Shown: in pieces, positions 24,396 through 36,254 of the stretch
Position numbering within the stretch: the first letter of the stretch is position 1
How the letters are laid out: the number at the start of each line of letters is the position of its first letter
Assembly: GCF_001194135.2 (NCBI RefSeq)
Contig: NC_068981.1
Coordinates: forward strand, 134,929,418-134,968,875
Direction of reading: 5' to 3'
Length of the DNA stretch: 39,458 nt
Source of the DNA: Octopus bimaculoides
Lineage: Eukaryota
Notes under the pieces: model-generated
Seen by the model: the letters and a program-made list of their open reading frames with translations, nothing else
Database searches by the model: none
What the model was told of the DNA's origin: nothing
Made by a program: the position numbers and the translations under genes

Positions 24396-25410
24396 GTTAC
24401 ATGAGGGAGAATATATATTGTAAAGACAATGAACAAAAACAAAACAAAAAAGAGAAATGCTTAAAAAGTACAGAAAACAGTTTTAAAATTTTGGGACACT
24501 GGGCCTTCATCAGGAAAAGAGCATAACAGAAAAATAAAGGAGTGTGGATGAGGAAAAGTTGATGAGAAAAGAAGACAAAAAAAGCATGTGGGGCTAAGGG
24601 CCAGATGGAAATGCAGTTCTATAGGGAAGGGACAAAAAGGTAGGAAAGGGTAAGTGAGCATGTGCATTGAGATGAGCATAAGAGAGGGAGTAGTTTTTTG
24701 GGGTTTGTGTCTATGTATGTGTACAAGGAAAGGAGGTGGGAGTGAACATGAGTGTGAGGTAAAAGGAAAAGTGAAAGGAATGTGAAGGGGGAATACAAAT
24801 GTATGTAGGGGTAAGGGTGTGAGATGTAATGTGGAAGAAAGTTATAAACAAGAGAAGAATAAGAGGGTACAATATATACACACACACACACCATCAGCAG
24901 CAGCAATGTTTTCACAATAGATTAGAAACAAAGAATACTGCTTGCATAACAGTGACACTCGTTTACAACTGTCATATAATGCCAAAGCAAGGAGACAGTA
25001 ACATACACAAACATACTTACACACAGAGGAAATCACATATGCAGAGAAACATACGCACACATATACAAAAAGTTTCTTTCAGTTTTCATCTACCAAATCC
25101 ACTCACAAGACTTTGGTGGGCCCAGACACTTGCTCAAGGTGCCACACAGTGGAACCAAAAACATTTGGTTGGGAAGCAAACTTATTACCACAGAACCACG
25201 CCTGTACCATTTTTCCCTATTCAAATAAATGCATTCTCAATTAATCTCATTCTTACCACAATCATGTTTACCATCTGTTAGATTCTCAGAAGATTTCTTC
25301 ACATCATTTTTCCATTCCACTTAAGTCTCCTCTTTCACAATCCATGCCTAACATCCAATTCCCAAGATACCATCATATACCTGAGAAAGCTCAATTCATT
25401 TATCTTTCAG

Positions 25411-25463
25411 AATAATATCTCACTTCTTGCACAACATCATCTTCTTTTGACGGATGACCTAAG
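25411..25463 (+). CDS. Candidate exon NNISLLAQHHLLLTDDL (phase 0-2)
   Basis: Acceptor ttcatttatctttcag, donor AAG|gtttga; only one open frame. Confidence 0.35.
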
Positions 25464-25678
25464 GTTTGATGGGGGGAGGAGAGGGTCAAACAATAATAAT
25501 AATAATTACAACTATAGAACTAACATTCACCAACCTCTACCTTTTCATTAACATGCATATGGATGTCTTTTTTCTTCTATTTAACACAAATGTTACATTA
25601 CTGTAGATTAGACCAGGTCTTTTCATTCTCTCTCTCTCTCTTTCTCATTCTCATTTTTTCTCATTCAGTCTCTCATGA

Positions 25679-25735
<57 letters not shown>

Positions 25736-25755
25736 TGCGTATAAATATATGTGTA

Positions 25756-25974
25756 TACGGGGGGTGCTGAAAAGTTACTGGCTTTGAATGAAAAAAAATA
25801 CCGGAAAATCAGTTAATTATGATTTTATTCAACATATTCCCCCTCTCAGATTCACACACTTATTGCAGCAATCCCGTTTTCTAAGCTCTGTAAAAGAAAC
25901 TGGAAGGTTGGGCCTCCAACCAGACCTTTTCTAACACCCTTAAAGCCAGGAACTTTTCACCCACCCCCCTCATA
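25756..25974. mobile_element. Mariner-derived MITE
   Basis: TA-flanked, same family as 17692-17914. Confidence 0.85.
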
Positions 25975-26545
25975 TATACATATGTCTATATACATATGTT
26001 AATGTTTGTTTTTATGTGTAGTTGTAATAAAACCAAATTTTACATTAATCTGAGGGATTACTCTATACTTTGGTAGAGTACAAATTTATTTTTAAAGAAG
26101 AATATTGTTGACAGCGATTTTGAAGTTTCAGCTAGTTAAGCCATCATTGATTGATGGATTAACTGGTCGAAACTTTGAAGTCACTATCAACACCATTCTT
26201 GTTTAAGAATAAACATACATATTTATATATATATATATATATATAAATATATAGGGATCAGCATGAGTTGCTTCACCAACATACTGAAAATTTAGAAATA
26301 GCAGTCAAAGAACTACTAATTCTAAACTATTTTCAGTATGTTGGTGAAGNNNNNNNNNNNNNNNNNNNNNNNNNNNNNNNNNNNNNNNNNNNNNNNNNNN
26401 NNNNNNNNNNNNNNNNNNNNNNNNNNNNNNNNNNNNNNNNNNNNNNNNNNNNNNNNNNNNNNNNNNNNNNNNNNNNNNNNNNNNNNNNNNNNNNNNNNAG
26501 AAATATAACAAAAAAACTGTTACTCTGAGTTTCACGTTCCCATTC

Positions 26546-26671
26546 ACGTGAAACTCAGAGTAACAGTTATTTTGTTATATTTCTGCTGCTTTTAAATAAA
26601 GCATATTACTCTACCTCTGGTATTTGAGTACTCCTTTTTCCACCTTGTTGCACATTTCATGTGCTTACTCC

Positions 26672-26707
<36 letters not shown>

Positions 26708-27250
26708 TCTAAACCAAAACTGTCCGACGAATGGGAACATGAAACTCTGAGTAGCAGTTTTTGTGATGTCTTTGCAGCTTTATCATTAAAGCATATTACT
26801 CTACCTCTGGTATTCGAGTACTATTTTCTCCACTTTATTTCTAATTTATGTGCTTACTCTAGTGTACTCACACCATGCAGCTTGCCCGAGGGCATTTATA
26901 CATCTATATCTGCTAACGGTTATTTTTAATACTTTTCTCGCTGGATTGCATGTTTGTTTCTTTTTTTGTCATCTGTGATTTTATTTTTACAGAGATGTAC
27001 TTGCATAGCAAGTGACCTGATCTGAGATCGTGTGCTGGAACGAAAACAATTGCAGCGTGGAAGGTGTTTATAAGCCATTTAAAATAACACACAAAAGCCG
27101 TCAGATTCACTTCAACATTTAAATTTAATTTATCAAAATATTTTCGTCGCTTTGAGACTGCGACCTGTTCAAGATATTTCCTCTGTGTAGCTGCTTTTCT
27201 CTCTACAAAACAGAAAGTTACATTGCAGAATAGTTATTTTAACGAGTTGT
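26546..27250. mobile_element. Penelope-like pLTR-type repeats; two tandem units (26546-26672, 26705-26870) separated by (TA)n
   Basis: Shared gaaactcNgagtaRcagtt...aaagcatattactctacctctggtatt..gagtact. The family call is inferred from the embedded hammerhead motifs; no RT domain is seen. Confidence 0.5.
26716..26761 (+). ncRNA. Near-canonical type-I hammerhead ribozyme motif (U4C variant, GUA cleavage triplet)
   Basis: AAAACUGU CCGACGA AUG-GGAA-CAU GAAA CUC-U-GAG U A GCAGUUUU: 8-bp helix I, 3-bp helix II, quasi-palindromic helix III; predicted cut after 26753. Confidence 0.65.
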
Positions 27251-27609
27251 ATTTATTCATTTATCACCCGACTAGATACATCTGCACTACCGGATGCTCC
27301 TGAACTAGTTGTTGAGTGCCCCACCCAAGAAGAATCGATACTAGTCACAAGTGGCAACTCAGTTTTCCAATGCATAAGGAAGATACGCATAGACACACAC
27401 ACGCATGTACACACACACACACACACAAACTCTCTTTTATGTATATGGAAGTGTCCCTGTCTGTCGTTCTCTCTGCCTGTCACTCATATTCCCTGTATGT
27501 TTATCTTTTCCTGTCTCTTCTCCTTCCCTGATATCAGCCACTCTCCTTATGCCACATTTCCCTGAACCTAACACTTTTGCACTCCTCTCATTTTATCATA
27601 TAATGGCCC

Positions 27610-27830
27610 AACACCCATAGTAGGTCCATTATCGATTTTTATTGAAATCCAATTCGCCTATAACTGGACTGGATGTTAGTTCAACATGTATACAAGGTTT
27701 AGTGAAGATTAGTTCCCTGGTTTGGGCAGCAAGATAGTAACAGACAGACGGATGGACAGACAGACGGATGGACAGACAGACACACAGACAGACAGAAATT
27801 GCCATATATATATATATACACCCGTGCTAG
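27610..27830. mobile_element. Helentron-associated (HINE/DINE-like) element fragment with (GACA)n core
   Basis: aaggtttagtgaagattagttccctggtttgg followed by acagacagacggatggacagac repeats. Confidence 0.45.
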
Positions 27831-27884
27831 CACTATCCCACTCATGCTAGTATGGAAGGCGAATGTTATATATATATATATATA

Positions 27885-28262
27885 TCAGGAGTGGCTGTGT
27901 GGTAAGAAGCTTGCTAACCAACCACATGGTTCCAGGTTCAGTCCCACTGCATGGCACCTTGGGCAAGTATCTTCTACTATAGCCTCAGGCCAATGAAAGC
28001 CTTGTGAGTCAATTTGGTAGATGGAAACTGAAAGAAGCCTGTCGTGTGTGTGTGTGTGTGTATTTGCGTGTCTGTATTTGTCACCCCACCATCGCTTGAC
28101 AACCAATGTTGATGTATTTACTTAGCATTTTGGCAAAAGAGACTGATAGAATAAGTACTAAGTTTATAAAGAATAAGTTCTGGGGTTGGTTTCTTCGACT
28201 AAAAGGGGGTGCTCCATCATGTCTGCAGTCAAATGACTGAAACAAGTAAAAGAGTAAAAGAA
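27885..28262 (+). mobile_element. SINE family B
   Basis: Homologous to 8239-8650. Confidence 0.9.
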
Positions 28263-28401
28263 TATATACATATATTTAATCATGATAATGATGATGGTAC
28301 ACCTAGGTCATTTTTCTCAGTCATATATATATTTAGTGTCATCCCTTCCTGTGTTCTGAGATCAAATTCAAACCAAGTTTGATATATTTCATGTTGTAGA
28401 G

Positions 28402-28821
28402 CTGTGGTTTTTCAATCAGGGTTCACATGAAACCTTACAGGTCCATGTAAGAATTTGTTCTTAAAATTTATGTGCAACAAATTGGTTACAATTCTACAAT
28501 ACACAAAATATTCTAATAATTTTTTATACAGTTCCTAATGATATTTAACTGTATTTTAACGTGTATAAGGAACCCTTTTTTTGTCAAAAATTAGGTTTAA
28601 AAAATATGGGAGTTTCTTGTACATGTATTATAATCCCTTACAAAACCATTTTTTCAAATTTTAAATCCCCAAAATTAGGGGGTTCCTTATATATGTTAAA
28701 ATACAGTAGTTATAAAAATATAATATGACTTTTTTTAAACATTGAATGGCTCTAAGGGTACACTTGAATAAAATAGAAATTAAAGGGGTCTGTTGTTAAA
28801 AAAATGGTTGAGAAACACTGC
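28402..28821. mobile_element. hAT MITE containing a nested TA-type MITE (28548-28708)
   Basis: Outer TSD ttgtagag/ctgtagag (7 of 8 match); inner TIRs actgtattttaac..taaggaaccc and gggttcctta..gttaaaatacagt. Confidence 0.75.
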
Positions 28822-28849
28822 TGTAGAGTAATAAGGTGGGAATCAGGTG

Positions 28850-29265
28850 TGTACTGAAACCAATTCAGTTGACTAAAGCACTCAATACATTCTGTGAAGT
28901 GGTTGGTATTAGGAACTATGTCAAAGCAGACATTGATATTTGACAAAGGCATCTTGTTCATTGGCTCCTGTCCAACTGTCCAACCCATGACAACATGAAA
29001 AATGGATGTGAAATGATAATGGTGCCAGTGGTGACAAGGATGATGATGATGATGATAATAATTCTTTCTACTATAGGCACAAGGCCTGAAATTTTGGGGG
29101 AGGTGGGGGCCAATCGATTAGATTGACTCCAATATGCAACTGGTAGTTTATTTATCGACCCTGAAAGGATAAACGGCAAAGTTGACCTCAGCAGAATTTG
29201 AACTCTGAAATGTAAGGACAGACGATATACCGCTTAGCATTTCACTTGGCGTGCTAACAATTCTG
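28850..29265. mobile_element. SINE family C (+, 28850-29055) tail-to-tail with SINE family A (-, 29060-29265)
   Basis: Homology to other copies; the (tga)n and (taa)n tails abut. Confidence 0.8.
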
Positions 29266-29293
29266 ATGGTTACAATAATGACAACTATATAAG

Positions 29294-29417
29294 TATGAGC
29301 AGTATTCACATAAGATGTGGGAGTTGTTTATATCAAAACATCTTATGAATATTTTTCTAAAAGAAAATTATAAACACACAGCTGTCTACTACTTAAAAAA
29401 AGAAACAAACAATGATG
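29294..29417 (+). CDS. Candidate exon YEQYSHKMWELFISKHLMNIFLKENYKHTAVYYLKKETNND (phase 1 out)
   Basis: Open frame from 29282; donor G|gttagc is phase-compatible with the exon at 31171; the acceptor is weak. Confidence 0.35.
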
Positions 29418-29429
29418 GTTAGCTTTGCA

Positions 29430-29845
29430 ATGTATGTGTCGTACATTGTATGTATGTATGTATGTATGTGTATGTGTGTATGTATGTATGTATGTATGTA
29501 TGTATGTGTATGTGTGTATGTATGTATGTATGTATGTATGTGTGTATGTATGTATGTATGTATATGTGTATGTGTGTGTGTGTATGTATGTGTGTGTATG
29601 TATGTATGTATGTGTGTATGTTTGTATGTATGTATGTGTGTATGTATGTATGTATGTATGTGTGTGTGTATGTATGTGTGTATGTATGTATATGTGTGTG
29701 TATGTATGTATGTGTGTGTATGTATGTACGTATGTATGTTTGTATGTATGTATGTGTGTGTATGTATGTATGTATGTATGTGTGTGTATGTATGTATGTG
29801 TGTGTATGTATGTATGTATGTATGTATGTATGTATGTATGCATGT
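29430..29845. repeat. Compound (TATG)n/(TG)n microsatellite, about 415 bp
   Basis: Direct reading; it explains the overlapping MYVCV/HTYI ORFs. Confidence 0.97.
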
Positions 29846-30384
29846 ATAGGTCAGTGGGCAGCAGCAGAAGAGAATGATAGTCACTTATATCAAGCCATTG
29901 TGGTGTGACAATGGAACTTAATTGAAATAATGGAAAAAATCCATCAGTAAGGTAGCTATATTCAATCTTCTATCACTTAATAGCTAAAAGAAACAGAAGT
30001 TTTATCTCACACAGGAAATCAGTAAAATCTTATTATCTATAATATTAAAATGTAATATTAATGCATAGCATATATTTTGAAATGTTGATTTTGGTTGAAA
30101 ATATTTTTCCAGGCATGGCTGTGCGATTAAGAAGCTTGCTTTGCAACTATGTGGTTTGGGGTTCAGTCCTACAGTGTGGCACCTACAGCAAGTGTTTTCT
30201 TCTATTATAGCCCCAGGCTGACTAACACCTCATGAGTGAATATGGTAAACAGTAACCGTTTACCATAACTTATATAACCTTCTAATTCTATGATACAAAT
30301 CTTCTGTTTTAAAGTGATTTAAAATGAAACCTTCCATCAAAATTTCATGTAAATTTATGGTCCAAACACCATCATAATAATGAT

Positions 30385-30592
30385 GCCTGACTAGCCTTCG
30401 TGCCGGTGGCACATAAAAGCACCCACTACACTTTTCGAGTGGTTGGCGTTAGGAAGGGCATCCAGCTGTAGAAACTCTGCCAAATCAGATTGGAGCCTGG
30501 TGTAGCCATCTGGTTCACCAGTCCTCAGTCAAATCGTCCAACCCATGCTAGCATGGAAAGCGGATGTTAAATGATGATGATGATGATGATGA
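30385..30592 (+). mobile_element. SINE family C, little diverged, with (TGA)n tail
   Basis: ggtggcacataaaagcacccactacac...ggaagggcatccagctgtag...cccatgctagcatggaaagcggatgttaaatgatgatga. Confidence 0.88.
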
Positions 30593-31170
30593 ATTGAAAC
30601 AAAGGTAGTCTATTTCAACAGATATATGGCAACAAAAGTGTTAAAGTGATTTAAATTGAAACCTTCCATCAAAATTTCATGTAAATTTATGGTTCAAACA
30701 CCAACTTAATAACAGAAGTGTTATTTTATTAAATTATTCATTATTTTCAAAATTAATTGAAAGAAAAGCAATATATTTAAATAGAAATATAGTAACAAAA
30801 GTGTTAAGTTGATAAAAAAGCAGATATGTGACTGCCATTCCTAGAAGTTTATGTGACCATGTAGAGTCTCCCCAGTTGAGCTTGGAACACACTAGAATAA
30901 ACTAGAACATACTGGAAAGAATTGAAATATAAAAAACAGCATAGTATACATGTTTATATCAGAGAAAAAAAGCAACCCTTAACCATTACCACTGTGATCT
31001 AATAAAAGTCTCCTTAAGACTGCTGCTTACAGTAGTGAGCTGAACTTTATGATATGTACAGTGATTAGAAAAGTAGTTTGAGAGAGAAGTTACATAGACA
31101 AAGATGTTTCAGTGTACCTAAGACAGCAGAAATATGGTAACAACACCTAACCACCAATATGTACTTTTAG

Positions 31171-31295
31171 CGAGAGAGGAAGATGAAGATGAGATAGTAA
31201 ACAACTTCGAAGAGCAACAAGAATCTCAAGATGAAATATCACACAAGACTTTTGCCTCCATGGGCGTGAAAACTGTAAATAATAAAGAATCAAAG
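31171..31295 (+). CDS. Coding exon, acidic low-complexity segment (phase 1-0), unknown protein
   Basis: gtacttttag|CG AGA...AAG|gtattg gives AREEDEDEIVNNFEEQQESQDEISHKTFASMGVKTVNNKESK. Confidence 0.55.
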
Positions 31296-31769
31296 GTATT
31301 GTGTTTACAGATGAAATGGCTGACGGGAGGTGGGGGGAAGGAAGAAGTGGGGTAAAAGTTGCAGAGCATGAAGAGGTACTTAGTGGAGNNNNNNNNNNNN
31401 NNNNNNNNNNNNNNNNNNNNNNNNNNNNNNNNNNNNNNNNNNNNNNNNNNNNNNNNNNNNNNNNNNNNNNNNNNNNNNNNNNNGAGGAGGAGGACAAAAT
31501 AGTAGAGTGTCTGAATATCTAACCAAGTACTGTAATGCTACCCTTTATAAGATCATTTGAAGTGTGACTAGAATGAAATGCTTGTCTTAAGTAGAAATCC
31601 CAAATTCTGTCACGAGCTGGAAACCTAAATCCAAGTTGTAGAGGAAAGTTACGAAGCAGAAATTAATTAACAAATTAAGAAACTGTACCAGTAGCATATG
31701 ACATAATTCCTTACTCCATAATTTATAATTAATTGTTTAGTTTTATTTATTAATTACTACATAAAAAGT

Positions 31770-31997
31770 ACTGGTGCTAGTGTCAGATAAAAAACACTGG
31801 TGCTGGTGCCATGTAAAAAAAAAGCACCCAGTATACTGTGTAAAGTGGTTGGCATTAGGAAGGGCATCCAACTGTAGAAACAAAGCCAAAACAGACTATG
31901 GAACCTGATGTGGCTCCTGGCCTTGCCAGTTCCTCCAACCCATGCCAGCATGGAAAACATGTTAAATGACGATGGTAAGGGTGATGATGATAACGAC

Positions 31998-32028
<31 letters not shown>

Positions 32029-32040
32029 ATGCTGATGATG
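31770..32040 (+). mobile_element. SINE family C with expanded (TGA)n tail
   Basis: Homology to 30385-30592. Confidence 0.85.
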
Positions 32041-32076
32041 ATAGGCACAGGAAATAATTAAAATTTTCATTTGCAG

Positions 32077-32134
32077 TTTTTAAGATCTCTGTTGTTGCTA
32101 AGATAAGAACAGCCCTTCCAATTGCTATAGATCC
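32077..32134 (+). CDS. Candidate exon FKISVVAKIRTALPIAIDP (phase 1-2)
   Basis: Strong acceptor ttttcatttgcag and donor gtaatg; the phase does not join directly to 31295. Confidence 0.25.
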
Positions 32135-33954
32135 GTAATGCATCTTACAGCTGTGCCTGTCACCTGTATGGTGAGGAATCCTACATTGGGGAGTAGTATG
32201 GAAACAAGACATTTGTACTCAGAGTGAGAGCTGGTTTCAGCCAGGTTGGTAACAAAAGGGTTAACACATTTGCTGGAATACATGATGCACACTTGCATAA
32301 GATATCCCCATCCCTATTTTACAAGTTGTGGAAAAATCAAAATTCGTAAGTTTCATCATACACTTATTGAAAAATATTTTAAGAAAAATATATGATTCTG
32401 TGCATATAAATACAATTCCACGGCAGTATACTGAAATAAAGTTTGGAACTATAAATTTATCATTTATAAACTGTTATATGAATTATGTATTTCAACTTTA
32501 TTTTCTGATAGACCAACTATAAAGCTGTTTATATTTTGAGTAAGGGAATTGTCATTACAGGGTGTAAAAAACTCATATTTTTGGCTATGACATTTTATAT
32601 TACTGCAATTAGCTGCCAAGACGTTGCACTATTGCTATGTTTCTGTTGTCATCCACTCATTGCAAATAACTGATAAGCAAATGAAAGTTTAACATTCCTT
32701 TCAACATTTTCAAAGGATTTTCATTTAAATAATGTGCTGGTGTATCTCAGGCAACATGGTTGTGGTCTAGAACAGAGAGACAGCAGGGTAACACCGTTAG
32801 TAGGAGAGGTTGGAAAAGTGAATTAAAAAATATTTCTTAAAGTTAACACAGTCATTAAACAATGTAAGACTCACAATCAGGTGGGGCTCATGTATGCTGG
32901 AGAAGATGTAATGAAATTATATGACCTCTCCATATAACTGCTGACATACCATATACAATTTTTCATGACATATCATAAGCAGTTTTCTAAACAGATATTT
33001 TGGTTTGTTTCTAATATTTATTATTAGCAACTACTGTTGTGCCAAGTGGACTCATGCTTATCCACCTTGTAAGCCCTCATACAGCATACAATATCTCCCA
33101 TATGTAATATGGCCACTTTAGATGCATTCAAAAATAAAGAAAAGCACATCTTATACACCAGCAAATATGGTTAATCAACCAGAATAATAGTCTTTGATGA
33201 AGAATACAAAAAGGTTTTTTTTATATAAAAATTGAATACATAACCTACATCCAAGTAGTCATAACTTAAATCACATTGTAGCTAATCAGACTGTTAATTA
33301 TATTCATTGGATTTTTTTTTTAAATAAAACATTATTTTATCCTAAAAGCTAAATAAAATCTGGCTTGACTTTAAGAAAAACAGGTTCTGCTTTTGATTAT
33401 GGAATAGTTCAAACACTTTATTACTTTGTTTCCTTTTGTTCTAAATAACTGATAGTAAGCAGGCCAGAAGTACTTTTCCTCAGGCTTGTCGATTTATAAA
33501 TATGTAGTTTATTGCAATTAGATATATCTATTATCCCCCCCCCACACACACACACACACATACACACACATTTACTTGTGTGAAACAAAGCAACGAAAGA
33601 GCTTCTGCGTAGTCGTTCAACTTGCTAGACAAAAAAAAAACAAAAGAAAAAGTCAAACCATTGAAGAGTTATGAAAAAAGGAAGGTCAGAATTTCAATAA
33701 TAATCGTGAGTAAGCTATACATTGCCAGAAAACCAGACAGGATGCTCATGGTTGGAATGCTTTAACCATAGGCCAAGTAATTGTGCACCAGCTAAATAGC
33801 AACAACTGATACATAATTATATAGGTACACAATGGTTTCATGGAATATAGTTATGTAATGTGTTACTGTGAATCTGATAAGAAAAAAAAACAAGACAAAT
33901 GTTGAAAACTTGGCATTAGCCACAGCCATCACTATGTATGAGTGCAAGCATATC

Positions 33955-35075
33955 ATCATCATCATCATTTGGTGTCTGTTTAACATACTGGCATGGGTTG
34001 GATGGTTTGACTGAAAACTAGTAAGCCAGGGAGCTGCACCAGGCTCTAGTCTGATTTGGCATGGTTTCTACAGCTTGTTGCCCTCCCTAATGTCAACCAC
34101 TCTGAGAGTGTTGTGGCGGTTTTTTTTTATACATGCCACCAGCACAGGTGCCATTGCCCTGATACTGGCATCGGCCACAACTATAGTCTCACTTGGCTTG
34201 ACAGGTCTACACAAGCATGGTATATCACCAAAGATTTTGGTCACCTGGCACTGGCTTCACGAGACCCAATGCTTGAACAGTGCATTTACATGCCACCAGC
34301 ATGGGTGCCTGTCAGACGGCACTGGTATCAGCCACAACTATGATTTCACTCAGTTCAACAGGTCTTCACAAGCACAGCATATCGTCCAACATTTGAAGCG
34401 TGCTTTTAACATGCCAGTTACATGACACTGGCATCAGCCATGACAACATCTCAATGCATATATATGAATTTAAATATTAGAGACTCTATAAGATTTTTGG
34501 GGTCCACACAACAAAATAGTAATTTGGGGATCCACAATAGTATTTTAAGTGACCCTGATAAAATTTTGCTTTAAATGTATATATTAGTATTTATTGCAAG
34601 AAACAGTCAGGTTTCTTTCTCTGACATTTTACATAATTCAACCTATACATGTTAATAATGTGTGAAAAACAAAATAGGAATTTTGAAAGAAGTTTCTCTT
34701 AAACTAGATTTTAAACATCAAATGGCTAAGGGTGTCCACCAGAATAAAATAGTACGAGCGTGGCCTTTGCCAGTAAGACATCCAAGCGAGATCGTTGCCA
34801 GTGCTGATGGACTGGCTCCTGTGCTGGTGGCACATAAAATACACCATTTCGAGTGTGGCCGTTGCCAGTACCCGCTTGACTGGCCCTCGTGCCGGTGGCA
34901 CGTAAAAGCACCTGCTACGCTCTCGGAGTGGTTGGTGTTAGGAAGGGCATCCAGCTGTAGAAACCTACCCAAATCAGATTGGAGCCTGGTGTCGCCTCCT
35001 GGTCCACCAGTCCTCAGTTAAATCATCCAACCCATGCTAGCATGAAAAGTGGACGTTAAACGATGATGATGATGA
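33955..35075. mobile_element. Divergent SINE family C copies (-, 33955-34450; +, 34740-35075) around a probable hAT MITE fragment
   Basis: (TGA)n tails point outward; the minus copy has internal tandem repeats of about 160 bp. Confidence 0.7.
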
Positions 35076-35210
35076 TAAAGAATCAAAGATTTAAAAAATC
35101 AAAGATAAAGTAATCAACGATAAAAAAAATGGATAAAAAACGGTTGAGAAACTCTTTGCTAAAGGGTTAATGTAGAGGCAAGGTGTTGCATCATCAGTAA
35201 GTAATACATT

Positions 35211-35570
35211 TATTACCTCTGCCTTAGTGAAGGTAGAGGTATTGTTTTCAGTTGTGTTTATGTTTGTTTGTTTGTCTGTGGACAAGATATCTTAAGAACC
35301 ACTGGATGGATTTGAATGAAATTTTCAGGGATGCTTGGCCTCATGACTGGCATGAACTGATTAGATTTGGGGATTGATCTGGTACCGGACAAGGATCTGG
35401 ATTATTTTTCCAGTTTTTCTACTTAATTTTTGAGAGTGGTTGGGTTCATTTTTAGCATTCTTGTTTGTGAGAGCAGTAGAGTTTATTTCAGATATTCTCA
35501 TTTTAAAATTCATCTCTGGGTAATTGTTGGTGTTGCCTTGGCAGAGGTTTGCGCTCTCTGAGTGCTCTTA
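35211..35570 (+). mobile_element. Helentron-associated (HINE-like) non-autonomous element
   Basis: 5' hairpin tacctctgcctt-agtg-aaggtagaggta, (GTTT)n core, subterminal ggcagaggt complementary to the 5' end, short 3' stem-loop. Confidence 0.55.
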
Positions 35571-36254
35571 TTTACAACAGATATGCATATAGACAACTGA
35601 CCAGGTGGTTAGAGTGTTGGACTCACCATCATAAAATTGTGGGTTTGATTTCTGGATTGTGTCCTTAAGAAAGGCACCTAATTTTACAATGCTCCAATCA
35701 ACTAAGCTGAAAATGAATACTAGCCCCAGTACTGGTGCAGCCTCTCTCCCTCCACCTTCCACTTCCTAGGTCAAGATTACAAGGGATGAGTAGAGGGTTT
35801 ATGTCTGTTTCTGACTATATAGCCACTTATGGTACAAGCTGCCACTTCATACTTGTTTGTACATGATAGTTAAGCATGAGTGTGTCTGTGTGTGTTTTTA
35901 CTGATGCATATTGGTGAAAAATGTAAACGTTGGTGAAAAAGTAAAACACTGGTACTTTGTACTTTTAAATAAAAGTACGATTTAATTTCGTATTTGTTTT
36001 GCACCATGCTGCATAGACAATCTTTTGTCACTCTCACTGAAATCAATGATTGGTTCATTGGAAGATTACTAACCAATGTAATTGTTGTTCACAGATTGCA
36101 ATGTGAGTATACAAAATAAATAAATGAACAAGTACGAAAATGTATTAACAATGGATGCTATGTGTTGGTTGAACAAGTGCCAAAATTTAGGAGTTAATAA
36201 AATGCTGAGGACGCAAAAGAGGTGAAAAATAGATTTCTAGCTATGATGTAGGCT

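Noticed and set aside
29343-29908. His/Thr/Tyr- and Cys/Val/Met-rich ORFs (also 36361-36654)
   Set aside because: Translations of (TATG)/(TG) microsatellites.
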